Shown: positions 50,168 through 60,700, numbered from the stretch's first letter. The stretch is 64,000 bases of DNA from a bacterium (GCA_020057885.1 JAGVEX010000019.1:8165-72164), one strand, 5' to 3'. Numbers and translations: made by a program. Notes: generated by a model from the letters alone, not told the origin.

Positions 50168-50440
50168 ATGGCCTGTAAAAATAAGGGCCTACATATGGTC
50201 ACCTGGATTCTACTGGTTATTGGAGGCTTAAATTGGCTATTAGTAGGAGCCCTGCAATGGGAAATCGGCCAACTTTTTGGCGGTATGGATAATTGGTTTT
50301 CCAAACTAATTTACATACTAGTGGGATTGTCGGCTATTTATGAAATATTCTCCCACAAATGTTGTTGTACTTGTTGTGAAAAGTCGGAGAGTAAACCACC
50401 TGCCAATCAAGGCGGACCTGGTATACCACTGAATATTTAA
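50168..50440 (+). CDS. DUF378 family small membrane protein
   Basis: LLVIGGLNWLLVG..IYILVGLSAIY; SD GGGGTGA before the ATG at 50168. Confidence 0.85.
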   Translation: MACKNKGLHMVTWILLVIGGLNWLLVGALQWEIGQLFGGMDNWFSKLIYILVGLSAIYEIFSHKCCCTCCEKSESKPPANQGGPGIPLNI

Positions 50441-50534
50441 TTTTTAAATTAAAAAACTCTTGGCAAAAAACTAGGAGTTTTTTAATTAACCTAATATGCT
50501 ACAATATAAAACATAAACAATAATTTAAATAATT

Positions 50535-50993
50535 ATGTATTTAACAGTTCACGGCGCGGCAGCCTTATTTATCGCCCGAGCCATACCCAACCCATTTGTT
50601 TCTTTTGGAGTAGGCCTAGCTTCACATTTTATAATAGATTTAGTGCCTCATGGCGACGAGCATATAATTCCTAGCCACCTTACTAGACCTAAAAAAATAC
50701 GCCGCTTAATGGGCGCCGCACTACTCGACGGCATTATTTTAGCAGGCTTTCTTATACTTTATCTTTGGTTAAATCCAACGCTGTCGCTCAATACCGTATT
50801 AGCTTGCCTAGTTGGCTCGCTTTTACCAGATTTTTTGCAAGGCCTGTATTTTGTTACAGAAGCAGGTTGGCTAAAAATGCTTAACAAATTTCATATTAAA
50901 ATACATAACCTGCCTGGTAGTAAATTAAATTGGAGATTAGGAATGTTAATACAAGTGCTTACTTTTATGGCCTTTTGGTTACTGATTATTTAA
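50535..50993 (+). CDS. Membrane protein, YdjM-like metal-dependent hydrolase motifs
   Basis: TVH, SHFIIDLVPHGD, GSLLPD, FHIKIH; multiple TM. Confidence 0.6.
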   Translation: MYLTVHGAAALFIARAIPNPFVSFGVGLASHFIIDLVPHGDEHIIPSHLTRPKKIRRLMGAALLDGIILAGFLILYLWLNPTLSLNTVLACLVGSLLPDFLQGLYFVTEAGWLKMLNKFHIKIHNLPGSKLNWRLGMLIQVLTFMAFWLLII

Positions 50994-51130
50994 CTAAAAA
51001 ACAAAAAATACAAACTCACACAAAAGTGTCCACCTGGACACTTTTGTACATCTATGTTTTATATCCCAAAATACCTTAATAAAACCATGGGCGTAAATCC
51101 GTGGAGTTTTATTAAATAAATAAGTTTAAA

Positions 51131-51745
51131 TTACTTTTTCTTATGCCACTGCCTAACCTTCCCAATTTTAATTTCTATGGGATGGGTGGGGCGCAAACTA
51201 GCTATCATAGAACGCGTTAAAATCGACTTATGGGGCATTTTGTCCAAATACCGAGGAATATACCATATATCCTTTTCCGACGTCATCCAGCCCTTTCTAT
51301 CGAAGATTGATAAATCTACCGGCACAGAATAACTACGCAAAGTTTTTTTACCGTCATCTGTAAAATATTCATGAAAAAATGACATAACCAATTCTCGTAT
51401 AGTGCGATAAATTGGTTCGCGATAACGCAACACTGCGTAATTGGTTTTACTCAAAGCGCCCCAATGGCCACGTTGTTTAAAAACAGCTATCACGTGATCA
51501 AAATCATCTCTAGTGGATTTTAAGTCAACCACCAAGGGTTTATAACCGTTAAATCGCAAAGCCACAGCCGCCAGCATGGCTCCCTCCATACAATGCGCCC
51601 GCTTTTCCGCCAAAACACAACGTGGTGAACGACACCTATCACCTCCCTTGCCTACTATGGGAATGGTGTCTAAAAAATCCTGTATTTGCTGTGGGCTACG
51701 CAATTTTTTGAATATTTGTAATTCTACTGCTTTAAAACCAAACAT
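51131..51745 (-). CDS. Transglutaminase-like/vasohibin-like cysteine peptidase
   Basis: HCMEGA, DHVIAV, WGALSKTN..LRYREPIYRTIRELVMSF; start at MFGFK. Confidence 0.65.
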   Translation of the reverse strand: MFGFKAVELQIFKKLRSPQQIQDFLDTIPIVGKGGDRCRSPRCVLAEKRAHCMEGAMLAAVALRFNGYKPLVVDLKSTRDDFDHVIAVFKQRGHWGALSKTNYAVLRYREPIYRTIRELVMSFFHEYFTDDGKKTLRSYSVPVDLSIFDRKGWMTSEKDIWYIPRYLDKMPHKSILTRSMIASLRPTHPIEIKIGKVRQWHKKK

Positions 51746-51774
51746 ATTATTAGGGTTACCTAAATAGTATAACA

Positions 51775-51803
51775 AAAACTCCCCCTGACGAGGGGGAGTT
51801 TTT
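51775..51803 (-). terminator. Terminator after the cold-shock gene
   Basis: AAAAACTCCCCCT-GACG-AGGGGGAGTTTTT. Confidence 0.8.
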
Positions 51804-51813
51804 AATTTAATCA

Positions 51814-52011
51814 CTAGGCGCGGCGCACATTGATAGCGCGCGGACCTTTGTCAGACTCTTCGGTCTCAAAAGAAACCTTATCGTCAACGTGAAGTTCATT
51901 AAATGAAACTTCAACAAGAGCGGACGAGTGAAAAAACACGTCCTTGTCTGATCCTTCAGGGGTAATGAATCCAAAACCCTTGTCGGTTAGACGCTTGATT
52001 ATTCCGTTCAT
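51814..52011 (-). CDS. csp: Cold-shock protein
   Basis: KGFGFI (RNP1), DVFFH (RNP2), KGPRAINV. Confidence 0.95.
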   Translation of the reverse strand: MNGIIKRLTDKGFGFITPEGSDKDVFFHSSALVEVSFNELHVDDKVSFETEESDKGPRAINVRRA

Positions 52012-52187
52012 AGTAAAGTATATAATTACGAATTATCCGCAAATATCAGCCTCTTGGCGGAAATTCGACCTCTCTCCACTCTAGGCGTTTTTTGCAGACC
52101 TAAGATTACCATACTCTAATAAAAATGTAAAGCTAATTTTAAACCTTCTATCAAAAACAAAGCCGAATCCTACAACACCAACATTAA

Positions 52188-54116
52188 TTAAATATTTATA
52201 ATTTCTATATCAACTTTATTGTCATCACCTAAACCATAATAACTAGTCATGGGTTTAGCATAACGCCACATATAATCCAATAATATTATACGCATCCTCC
52301 TTAAAATATTGCGCGGCCTAACAACAAAACGATCCATAGCAACAAGAACTAACCATTTTTCTGGATCGCTTGGAATTTTAATTTTATTCTGACTTTTTAA
52401 TTCACTTAAAATATACCTTATATCTGGCATCTGCATATATCCATAATTAGCCTGAACAGAAATAATAGTACCCACGTTAATATCATTTTGAAAATTAGTA
52501 ATATTATATCTTATAGTCTTCTCAGCGCGAGGACTGTTTAAAAATGTTATGTTTAAAAAAACTATATGTTTAGGAATAGACAATCCCCATTTTGAAAAAA
52601 ATGAATCCAAGGCAACTGGAATGCGATCATCATTATTAATTATTGGCCTAGAGGACATTACAACTACGGAACGCTTTAATAAATTATTTTTATGTTCAGC
52701 TTGCATCTCAACCAATTTTCCAACTGATAACCCTGGCAAAGCTAAATGCGCAGTATGTGATAATATTCTGCCCCAGTCCCAAGTAGACATAATAACAAAT
52801 AATAATATACCAACAATGATTGGGATAAACCCGCCTTGCCAAAACTTTAACATGGTACCAACAAAAAAAGACAAATCAATAATAACTAAAAACGTAAAAA
52901 CAGGAGCAATAATCCACCAGGACCATCGCCAAAGGTGTCGAGTAATTGAATAAAAAACTAAAGTAGTAATAATCATTGTACCTGTAACCGCAATGCCGTA
53001 CGCTGCCGCTAAGCCACCTGAGGTATGAAATATTAAAACTAAAATAATACAGCTGATGGCTAGGGCCACATTAATAAATGGTATGTAGATCTGACCCTCA
53101 ACTTCTGAATTGGTGTGAACAATTCTAATCTTAGGGAATAATCCCAAAGAAACAGCCTGACTTGTCAGTGAATATACGCCAGCTATTAAAGCCTGGCTGG
53201 CGATAATAGTGGCCGCTGTCGCTAAAATAACCACGCCCATAAAAGCCCACTGTGGGGCTAAGGCATAAAAAGTATTATTGCCCGCAATAGTCTCGTTTGA
53301 TAAAAGTAAAGCTCCTTGGCCAAAATAATTAATAATCAGCGCTGGATACACTAAACCTGCCCAAGCCCAAGTAATTGAACGACGATTAAAATGCCCCATA
53401 TCAGCATAAAGTGCCTCACATCCAGTAATACACAATGCTATGGAACTTAAAACAAAAAATGTATACCAGGTGTGTTGATAAATGAATCTAAAAGCAGATA
53501 TTGGATTAATAGCTTGCAGTACCTGAGGATATTTTATAATCTCTGGCAAACCAAGCAATATCAATACTATAAACCATATAATCATAACGGGACCAAATAG
53601 TTTACCAACTTTACCAGTACCTTTCTTTTGGATAGAGAATAAAGCAATCAAAATGGCGATTGTAATTGGAATAACATATTTAGCTAAATTAGGCGATAAA
53701 ACTTCAATACCTTCAACTGCCGATAATACTGAAATAGCTGGGGTAATAACACCATCTCCATAAAGCAAAGTAGCGCCGAATAATACTACAGCTGTGAGGC
53801 TTAGCCCAAAAATTTTTTTAACCTTGCTTTGCCTAAGCAGTGACAATAATGCAAAAATTCCACCCTCGCCATTATTATCAGCCCGCATAATTAAAAATAT
53901 ATATTTAACAGTAACAACAATCATTAATGTCCAAAAAATCAAGGACAAAACTCCTAACACATTTTCTTGATTTCGAACCAAAGGATGAAGACCAAAGAAA
54001 GTTTCTTTCAGAGCATATAAAGGGGAAGTGCCAATGTCGCCAAAAACAATACCTAAGGCACCAACTATCAATGCCAAACTAAAAGTTTTCTTAGTTAAAT
54101 TATTTTTCAAATTCAT
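52188..54116 (-). CDS. kup: KUP/HAK/KT potassium transporter
   Basis: GIVFGDIGTSPLYA, ADNNGEGG, GDGVITPAISVLSA, GCEALYADMGHF, AYGIAV. Confidence 0.96.
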   Translation of the reverse strand: MNLKNNLTKKTFSLALIVGALGIVFGDIGTSPLYALKETFFGLHPLVRNQENVLGVLSLIFWTLMIVVTVKYIFLIMRADNNGEGGIFALLSLLRQSKVKKIFGLSLTAVVLFGATLLYGDGVITPAISVLSAVEGIEVLSPNLAKYVIPITIAILIALFSIQKKGTGKVGKLFGPVMIIWFIVLILLGLPEIIKYPQVLQAINPISAFRFIYQHTWYTFFVLSSIALCITGCEALYADMGHFNRRSITWAWAGLVYPALIINYFGQGALLLSNETIAGNNTFYALAPQWAFMGVVILATAATIIASQALIAGVYSLTSQAVSLGLFPKIRIVHTNSEVEGQIYIPFINVALAISCIILVLIFHTSGGLAAAYGIAVTGTMIITTLVFYSITRHLWRWSWWIIAPVFTFLVIIDLSFFVGTMLKFWQGGFIPIIVGILLFVIMSTWDWGRILSHTAHLALPGLSVGKLVEMQAEHKNNLLKRSVVVMSSRPIINNDDRIPVALDSFFSKWGLSIPKHIVFLNITFLNSPRAEKTIRYNITNFQNDINVGTIISVQANYGYMQMPDIRYILSELKSQNKIKIPSDPEKWLVLVAMDRFVVRPRNILRRMRIILLDYMWRYAKPMTSYYGLGDDNKVDIEIINI

Positions 54117-54426
54117 AAAATAGAAAAGCGTCAACAAAATTTACTTAAAAAACCTAACGGCGCACAATAAATTTCATACTTGCTACTAACAAAAACTACT
54201 AATCAAATAACGATCTTGAATATTTTATAATGCTACTCTAATTTCATCAAATAGTCAATGCAACATTTTGTAATTTGTTTACATTAAACATACTAACAAA
54301 GTTAAGCAATAAACTAAAAGCTTTTTCAAAATAATTATAATATGACGTTTTTTTAATGCACTTTTATCATAGTCGATAAATAAAAATTTTTATTTATAAA
54401 AGGCAAATTTATGCTATTATTTACAC

Positions 54427-55425
54427 ATGGAAATATCACACTTGCCTGAAATATTGGCCCTTGAGCCTAAATACCGGGCTAAACAAATACAGCAAGCCCT
54501 ATTTATTGACTTGGTCGCCAGTTGGCAGGCTGCCACTATACTACCCCAAAAATTAAGAACTACCCTCCAGGCCAACTGTCCCATAGATATTAAAGCGGAA
54601 ATAGTTGTAGCTAAAGACAAAAAAACCATTAAAGCCCTGCTGACTTTGGCTGATGAAAAATTGGTCGAAACAGTTTTAATGAAACATCAGGCTGGCCGAA
54701 ATACAGTCTGTATTTCTTGTATGGTAGGGTGTCCTATGCGCTGTGCCTTTTGTGCCACTGGTGAAATGGGTTTGGTACGAAATTTATCCGCCGACGAAAT
54801 GATCGAACAAATACTATTTTTTGCCAGATATCTAAAACCTCAAGGAGCGCGCATTAACAGTGTGGTATTTATGGGTATGGGTGAACCATTTTTAAATTAT
54901 GATAATGTCATACAAGCCATACGCTTGATACAAAGCCCAAATGGTTTAAATGTTGGGGCTCGGCATATTTCTGTTTCTACCTGCGGAATTTTAAATGGCA
55001 TAAAAAAATTAGCCCAGGAGAAATTACCAATTAATTTGGCTATTTCCTTGCACGCGCCCACTGATGAAGTACGCCAACAATTAATGCCGATAGCCAAAAC
55101 TTACCCTATAAAAAAACTACTGACCGAAGTTGATTATTATATTACTCAGACCAACCGCAAAGTAATGTTTGAATACCTAATGATTAAAGGTGTGAATGAT
55201 TCAGTTAAACATGCCCAAGCGCTGGCCGCGCTTATGAAAAACAGATTATGTGTTGTAAACCTTATTCAATACAACCCAACTAATAAATTTATTCCTTCCC
55301 CTTATAAACAAATGAATTATTTTAAAAGTATTCTGGAAAAAGAAGGGGTAAATACAACTATGCGCTACAAATTTGGCCAAGATATTAAAGGTGCTTGTGG
55401 CCAGTTGGCCACCAAGAAAAACTAA
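54427..55425 (+). CDS. rlmN: 23S rRNA m2A2503 radical-SAM methyltransferase RlmN
   Basis: CPMRCAFC, MGMGEP, ISLHA, GACGQL. Confidence 0.92.
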   Translation: MEISHLPEILALEPKYRAKQIQQALFIDLVASWQAATILPQKLRTTLQANCPIDIKAEIVVAKDKKTIKALLTLADEKLVETVLMKHQAGRNTVCISCMVGCPMRCAFCATGEMGLVRNLSADEMIEQILFFARYLKPQGARINSVVFMGMGEPFLNYDNVIQAIRLIQSPNGLNVGARHISVSTCGILNGIKKLAQEKLPINLAISLHAPTDEVRQQLMPIAKTYPIKKLLTEVDYYITQTNRKVMFEYLMIKGVNDSVKHAQALAALMKNRLCVVNLIQYNPTNKFIPSPYKQMNYFKSILEKEGVNTTMRYKFGQDIKGACGQLATKKN

Positions 55426-55454
55426 TTGCCTCATATAAAAATGTATACAAAACT

Positions 55455-56720
55455 ATGACGCGGGTTAATCATACTAAAGTAGCTATTATTGGCGGCGGTG
55501 CGGCCGGGTTGATGGCGGCCGCGGCTCTTCACGAAACCAGTCACCAACCAAAAATTATTATTATAGAAAAAAATGATTCACTGGGAAAGAAAGTAATAAT
55601 CTCTGGCGGCGGGAGGTGCAACCTAACCACTGGTCTGCAAAATATAAAAATCATTTTAGACAAATATCCTCGGGGCGGCAAATTTCTCTCCTCGGCTATG
55701 CGGCAATTTCCTCCCGTAGAAGTTTTTAAATGGTTTGAAGCACACGGAGTACCACTTAAAATTGAAACTGATCAACGAGTTTTCCCTCAATCTAATAATG
55801 GGCATGATGTAGTGCAAATTTTTAAAAAAATTTTCCAAAATTCCTCCATTCAAACACTTATAAAAACTAAGCTCATAAACGTTAAAAAGCACTCCTCGGG
55901 ATTTGAATTAATTTTAGCAGGAAAAGCCGAGCCGCTAATTGTTAATAAATTAGTACTAACCACTGGCGGACAAGCCTATCGTCAAACTGGTTCCACTGGC
56001 GATGGTTACGCTTTCGCTGTATCACTTGGACACTCATTAACAAAACTAGCGCCTAGTTTAAGTGCTTTAGCAACCAAAGAATCTTGGCCTAAAAATATTG
56101 CTGGATTATCTTTTGCCAATACAAAACTGGCGGTTAAAAGTAAAACGGCCCCAACTGCTAATGGACCGATTCTTTTTACACACCAAGGTATCAGCGGTCC
56201 AGCAGTGTTTGCCTTATCGTCATTAATGGCTTATGAAAAATTTAGCCCGGAAAAACCTCTATCAATTGTGATTGATTTATTTCCGGACGAATCAGCTAAC
56301 AATCTATGTGATTCGCTCAAAAAAAATATTATTGTCAATTTAAAAAAAGACTGGCTTAACATTCTATCGATTTTAATACCAAGGTCATTTGCGCAAATCA
56401 TAAATCAAGAATTATCTTTAACTGGCTCCAAACATGCCGGAGAAATGGGTAAAAAAGATCTGATGAAAACTGCTGCTTGGTTAAAAAATATTCCTCTCAA
56501 TATTGTCGCACGAGGGGGTGGAGATGAATTTGTAACCGCTGGCGGCATTAATTTAAAAGAAGTAAATCCTGCTACTATGGAATCAAAAATCTGTCCGGGG
56601 CTTTATCTTGCCGGAGAAATTTTAGATATAGATGGTTTTACCGGCGGTTTTAATCTGCAGTCTGCTTGGGCTACTGGACACCTGGCCGGAATAAGTATTG
56701 CTAAAATCAATCAATCCTAA
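55455..56720 (+). CDS. HI0933/YhiN (BaiN/RdsA) family flavoprotein
   Basis: IIGGGAAGLMAA, ISGGGRCNLT, TGSTGDGY, LFTHQGISGP, VTAGG, GGFNLQSAWATG. Confidence 0.93.
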   Translation: MTRVNHTKVAIIGGGAAGLMAAAALHETSHQPKIIIIEKNDSLGKKVIISGGGRCNLTTGLQNIKIILDKYPRGGKFLSSAMRQFPPVEVFKWFEAHGVPLKIETDQRVFPQSNNGHDVVQIFKKIFQNSSIQTLIKTKLINVKKHSSGFELILAGKAEPLIVNKLVLTTGGQAYRQTGSTGDGYAFAVSLGHSLTKLAPSLSALATKESWPKNIAGLSFANTKLAVKSKTAPTANGPILFTHQGISGPAVFALSSLMAYEKFSPEKPLSIVIDLFPDESANNLCDSLKKNIIVNLKKDWLNILSILIPRSFAQIINQELSLTGSKHAGEMGKKDLMKTAAWLKNIPLNIVARGGGDEFVTAGGINLKEVNPATMESKICPGLYLAGEILDIDGFTGGFNLQSAWATGHLAGISIAKINQS

Positions 56721-56941
56721 AAAATATCTAAATACTCTCTTAGTTTATTAATAATGAATGATGGGCGTTTTTTGGCAATGGCAAACTCTAATATATTTTC
56801 CACCAATTTATAAATTTGTTCATGATCATGCTTCCCAGTAGTTTTCCATAAAATGGCTAAAAATTCTTCCACATCCATCTCGCTCATCCAGCCTAATACT
56901 AAATTTTTATCCACAGTCTTATTTTCCAACATAGTAGTCAA
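56717..56941 (-). CDS. Small hypothetical protein
   Basis: 74-aa ORF (likely ATG start at 56932), convergent with the flavoprotein. Confidence 0.5.
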   Translation of the reverse strand: MTTMLENKTVDKNLVLGWMSEMDVEEFLAILWKTTGKHDHEQIYKLVENILEFAIAKKRPSFIINKLREYLDIF

Positions 56942-57014
56942 ACTAGTTTCTAGAGAATTAAATTTACCATATTTGGCCTTATGGATAACAAAAAACCACC
57001 CTCATGGGGTGGTC

Positions 57015-57641
57015 CTAAAATTTTGGTACCCCGCAATTTTGCAAATCTTTAAATGTTAATAATTGATTTACTTTTGCTCGTTCGTTCATTATAGTGCATG
57101 GCAGTATGAGCGGTTCCGGTTTTCTACCAGCTATAAAATCTGCAGTAGTAAGGCCGCTCCTATATTCAAAATGGGAAATATCACCTTCGTCGCTTGGCTC
57201 AAGTCCACAAAATGTAGCAATTTTTCCAAGCTTTTTCCAATCAATATTATATTCATGCCAACGATCAACCACATCTACTGCGAAGCCATAATTATGAATA
57301 CTCTTTCCTCCTGGTGCTTCGGTGACTATATGCCCATTTATTGTTCGTCCTTGGTTATATAATTGATCTTGCTCTTCTACCGTACGGAATCCAGATGAAA
57401 TACGTAATGTATACCCATAAATCGTCGCTGTAGCGATAAAACATTCATTAACCTGGGTCAAAAAATTTTGGTCAATATCTGTAGGCATCGGAACTGATTG
57501 AACAATAATTGGTAATTCAAAAATAGGCGGAGCTTTTGATTGTACTTTATTTAGTAAAAATAAAAATCCACCACTCATAAAGAGGAAAGCGATGACGGTT
57601 ATTAAAATACGAAACCCACTTGTCTTGCTTTTCAGAATCAT
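57015..57641 (-). CDS. M15 family (CwlK-like) peptidoglycan metallopeptidase
   Basis: TM; SGFRTVEEQDQLYNQGRT..VTEAPGGKSIHNYGFAVD..DISHFE. Confidence 0.9.
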   Translation of the reverse strand: MILKSKTSGFRILITVIAFLFMSGGFLFLLNKVQSKAPPIFELPIIVQSVPMPTDIDQNFLTQVNECFIATATIYGYTLRISSGFRTVEEQDQLYNQGRTINGHIVTEAPGGKSIHNYGFAVDVVDRWHEYNIDWKKLGKIATFCGLEPSDEGDISHFEYRSGLTTADFIAGRKPEPLILPCTIMNERAKVNQLLTFKDLQNCGVPKF

Positions 57642-57809
57642 TTTTTAATCTTAATAAAAAATTATTTTATAAACAAATTTTTATTTTCTATATACTATGA
57701 TACGAATTAAATACTGAAATTGGTGCACTAACAAAATGTGTATATTTACATTCCAGATTTTAGCAGAAAAAACGGCCAAACAATTTATGCATATTTTTGG
57801 CACTTTCAA

Positions 57810-58493
57810 TTAAGTGATATTTTTTTCGCGATAAGCTTTGGTGTATTCGTAAATTGTAGACCAGAAAGCGCCGGCAAAAAATGCAACCCCTATTTCTTCT
57901 AAAGGAACGCCTAAAACCAAAATGCCCCAGGTATTTTTTAAATTATAAAAATTTTCCACCAAACCTTTGAATATCAAATTTATCAATACAAATACTACAA
58001 AATATAGAGAGCTAAAAATAAAAGCACTGGCAAATATTTGCTTCCACAAATCTCTACGAAAATAGGCTGTAATAATGTCTCCAACTGCACCAACAATCAT
58101 CAAATTATAAACAGCTTTTAGTGGAAACAAAATTGACATAGCCACATAAGCAAGGGGAATAAAAAAGATCAACCAAAAATGAGAGCGGCCGCCATGAGCT
58201 AATTTCACCAATTTCTCTTTTCGTAAAAATTCGTAGATAACCGAAGCAATGCCAGTCATAACGAAAAGAAAAATAAAACTTTCTATACCTACGCCGTATT
58301 TCTTTATAAGGCCAAAAAGTGAATCGGGATTCCAATAGGCTGGTACAAGAAAAAAATCAATGAAACCAAAAGGTATTCCACAACAACTCGCCCAAAGCAT
58401 TTCCCGTCGCAAATCCTTTCGTCTCAGGAATATGAATAACCAAAAAAGGAAAAGAATTAAACAACCGGTAATGTACGCGTATTTATAAGACAT
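57810..58493 (-). CDS. Lycopene-cyclase-domain (tandem) membrane protein
   Basis: Two RRxDL..W..G.(P)xE repeats, e.g. GILVLGVPLEEI; about 7 TM. Confidence 0.7.
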   Translation of the reverse strand: MSYKYAYITGCLILFLFWLFIFLRRKDLRREMLWASCCGIPFGFIDFFLVPAYWNPDSLFGLIKKYGVGIESFIFLFVMTGIASVIYEFLRKEKLVKLAHGGRSHFWLIFFIPLAYVAMSILFPLKAVYNLMIVGAVGDIITAYFRRDLWKQIFASAFIFSSLYFVVFVLINLIFKGLVENFYNLKNTWGILVLGVPLEEIGVAFFAGAFWSTIYEYTKAYREKNIT

Positions 58494-58633
58494 TTAATTT
58501 TACTGGCCGAGAGTAGATAATACTAAAACCTATCTTCAAAATAACTCCTAATTCGAAAATGGAAGCAATGGGAGGGCATAATCTGCCTTACCTCTAAAAC
58601 CGCCTGGGTGAAGAAAAAAGAATTTTTTAAAAT

Positions 58634-59371
58634 CTATTTTTTAACTAAACCATCAAGTGCCCTCAATGCCTCAACTGGTATCATATAAACAACGGTGTTG
58701 GAAGCATCCGAAGACATATCGTTTATTGATTGAAGAGTTCTAAGATGAAGTGCTCCTGGTGTAGAAGAAAGCATTGCTGCGGCTTTTGCCATATTTGAAG
58801 ATGCCGCAAGTTCGCCTTCTGAATTTATAATTACAGCCCTTTTCTCTCTTTCTGCCTCTGCTTGTTTACCAATTGTTCTTTCCATCTCAGCTGGCAAACT
58901 AACATCTTTTAATTCAACATTATTAACTTTCAAACCCCAAGCATCGGTTTCTTTATCAACAATCTCTCTTATTCTATCTGCAATCTTATCTCTACTTGAG
59001 AGTAATTCATCAAGAGTAACTTCGCCAACTATATTTCTCATTGTTGTTTGAGCATATTGAGAAATTGCATATCGAAAATCTTCTACCTCAATAATAGCTT
59101 TGGGCGCATCACTAACCTTATAATAAATAACGGCATTAACTTTTACAGAAACATTATCTCTTGTAATTGCATTTTGGTCGGGCACATCGACTGCTTTTAC
59201 CCTTACATCTACTTTCTGATAACTTTGAATAATAGGTAAAACAATCCTCCAACCTGGTTCCATAACAGAAGTGAATTTACCAAATGTAAACTTTATGCCT
59301 TTTTCATATTGGTTAATTTGACGAATACTTATGATTACTAAAAATAAAACTAAAATAGGAATATACCACAT
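58634..59371 (-). CDS. SPFH/stomatin (slipin) family protein
   Basis: ITRDNVSVKVNAV, AQTTMRNIVG, QAEAEREKRA; start at MWYIP. Confidence 0.93.
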   Translation of the reverse strand: MWYIPILVLFLVIISIRQINQYEKGIKFTFGKFTSVMEPGWRIVLPIIQSYQKVDVRVKAVDVPDQNAITRDNVSVKVNAVIYYKVSDAPKAIIEVEDFRYAISQYAQTTMRNIVGEVTLDELLSSRDKIADRIREIVDKETDAWGLKVNNVELKDVSLPAEMERTIGKQAEAEREKRAVIINSEGELAASSNMAKAAAMLSSTPGALHLRTLQSINDMSSDASNTVVYMIPVEALRALDGLVKK

Positions 59372-59475
59372 ACAATTTAATAATTTAATAATAATATATC
59401 TTAATAACCTCATTTTACCACCCTGGACTTAAAAAGACAAAAATCTTTGACGGAAGAAAAAGCCATGATTAATAT

Positions 59476-59503
59476 AAAAAACACCCAATAAAATTAGGTG
59501 TTT
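59476..59503 (-). repeat. 28-bp terminator-like repeat, copy 1
   Basis: AAAAAACACCCAATAAAATTAGGTGTTT, identical to 61302-61329. Confidence 0.85.
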
Positions 59504-59524
59504 CTGAAATGGCTCCACATCGCG

Positions 59525-59568
59525 CCTGCCTACGGCTCGATTGAGCTCGTCGAAATCCGGTAGGCAGG
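59525..59568. repeat. CCTGCC...GGCAGG palindromic element
   Basis: CCTGCCTAC-...-GTAGGCAGG inserted in an att-like junction. Confidence 0.7.
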
Positions 59569-59580
59569 TTAAAACCTATC

Positions 59581-59748
59581 TTAGTTAGAAGTTTTCTTCT
59601 TGCTCTTTATTATACCTACAATTCCAGCAATACCCGCCAGAAGCCCAAGCCCTTGAGCTCCCGGGCTATCATCAAATTCACCATATACAAACATAAATGC
59701 CCCAAATAATATTGCCAGAACGGAATATAATATTCTAATTTTGTTCAT
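59581..59748 (-). CDS. Small two-TM membrane protein
   Basis: FVYGEFDDSPGAQGLG between two TMs; TGgTATGAT 6 nt before the ATG. Confidence 0.75.
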   Translation of the reverse strand: MNKIRILYSVLAILFGAFMFVYGEFDDSPGAQGLGLLAGIAGIVGIIKSKKKTSN

Positions 59749-60011
59749 ATAAAAATCATACCACAACCGTGTAGAGGTGGGCAAAAAATTGGTTCTGCAT
59801 TGTGGACGGTGTTAGAACAAAGATTATGGAAACTGGAATGGTTTATATGCCAAATTTATGACCTTATGGGGCGGCGCATATTTATTTAATAACCACCCTG
59901 CTTTACACAATAGTCGACTTCTATTTTATTTTGCGCAACTAATATTTACTCTTTGCTTGGATCTTTATCTACCCCGAAGAGGTGGCCAAAAACATCATTA
60001 TTAACTAATTG

Positions 60012-60641
60012 CTATAATTTTACTTCTTCGTCGTCCCCTATAAAGATACAAGAATTATCTTTAATGAAAAAAGCTTGGTTATCTCTTAATACTCTAAGTG
60101 GATATTTTAATGTCTTTACTTTTTCTAAGACTTTTTCTTTTAAATCATCTGTATAATGAGACTTTATTAAAAAAGGAACGTATCCAAGTGCGGTAAAGTT
60201 AGTAACCCCATGCTTATTTCTTGTAGTTTTCCATCCACCAACTTCAATTGTTGGACACATTATAGATGAACCTGAACTACAGCCAACATAACATAAACCA
60301 TTGTTTAATAGATCTTTCAAAACTTTATCAAAACCACTTTCGTAAATAGATTTCAATAAATAAAAAGGATTTCCTCCAGAAACTTGGACTACATTTTTAT
60401 CTGCAAAAAACTCTCGTATTTCTTTTTCAGTCTTGTCCTTAATGTTAAACTCCCTGAAATAAATACCCTCCTCAACCATCTCTTTTTCATATTCTTTCAT
60501 ATAAGCTAAATACTCTAAATCCTCAACTACTTTCAAGGCAGTAGTTATGTAGCCAATTCTTAATTTATCTTTTGGTATATCCAATAAACTATATCCTTTT
60601 TGAATTAAAAACTTTTCTTTTGATACTAAAAGTAATTTCAT
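60012..60641 (-). CDS. Peptidase S51 (dipeptidase E-like)
   Basis: YITTA, VSGGNPFYL, YVGCSSGS, PFLIKSHY. Confidence 0.88.
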   Translation of the reverse strand: MKLLLVSKEKFLIQKGYSLLDIPKDKLRIGYITTALKVVEDLEYLAYMKEYEKEMVEEGIYFREFNIKDKTEKEIREFFADKNVVQVSGGNPFYLLKSIYESGFDKVLKDLLNNGLCYVGCSSGSSIMCPTIEVGGWKTTRNKHGVTNFTALGYVPFLIKSHYTDDLKEKVLEKVKTLKYPLRVLRDNQAFFIKDNSCIFIGDDEEVKL

Positions 60642-60700
60642 ATACTGTGATTATATCATAAAAAGTGCTAAGCCCTATTTAGGTGAGGCTATGTATACTA

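Noticed and set aside
54117-54260. c-di-AMP (ydaO) riboswitch upstream of kup
   Set aside because: None of the conserved ydaO motifs is present.
54427-55425. Cfr resistance methyltransferase
   Set aside because: MGMGEP and overall motifs fit housekeeping RlmN.
56907-56988. DnaA boxes suggesting oriC
   Set aside because: Only one perfect box, inside a small ORF, plus one mismatched box; no cluster and no dnaA nearby.
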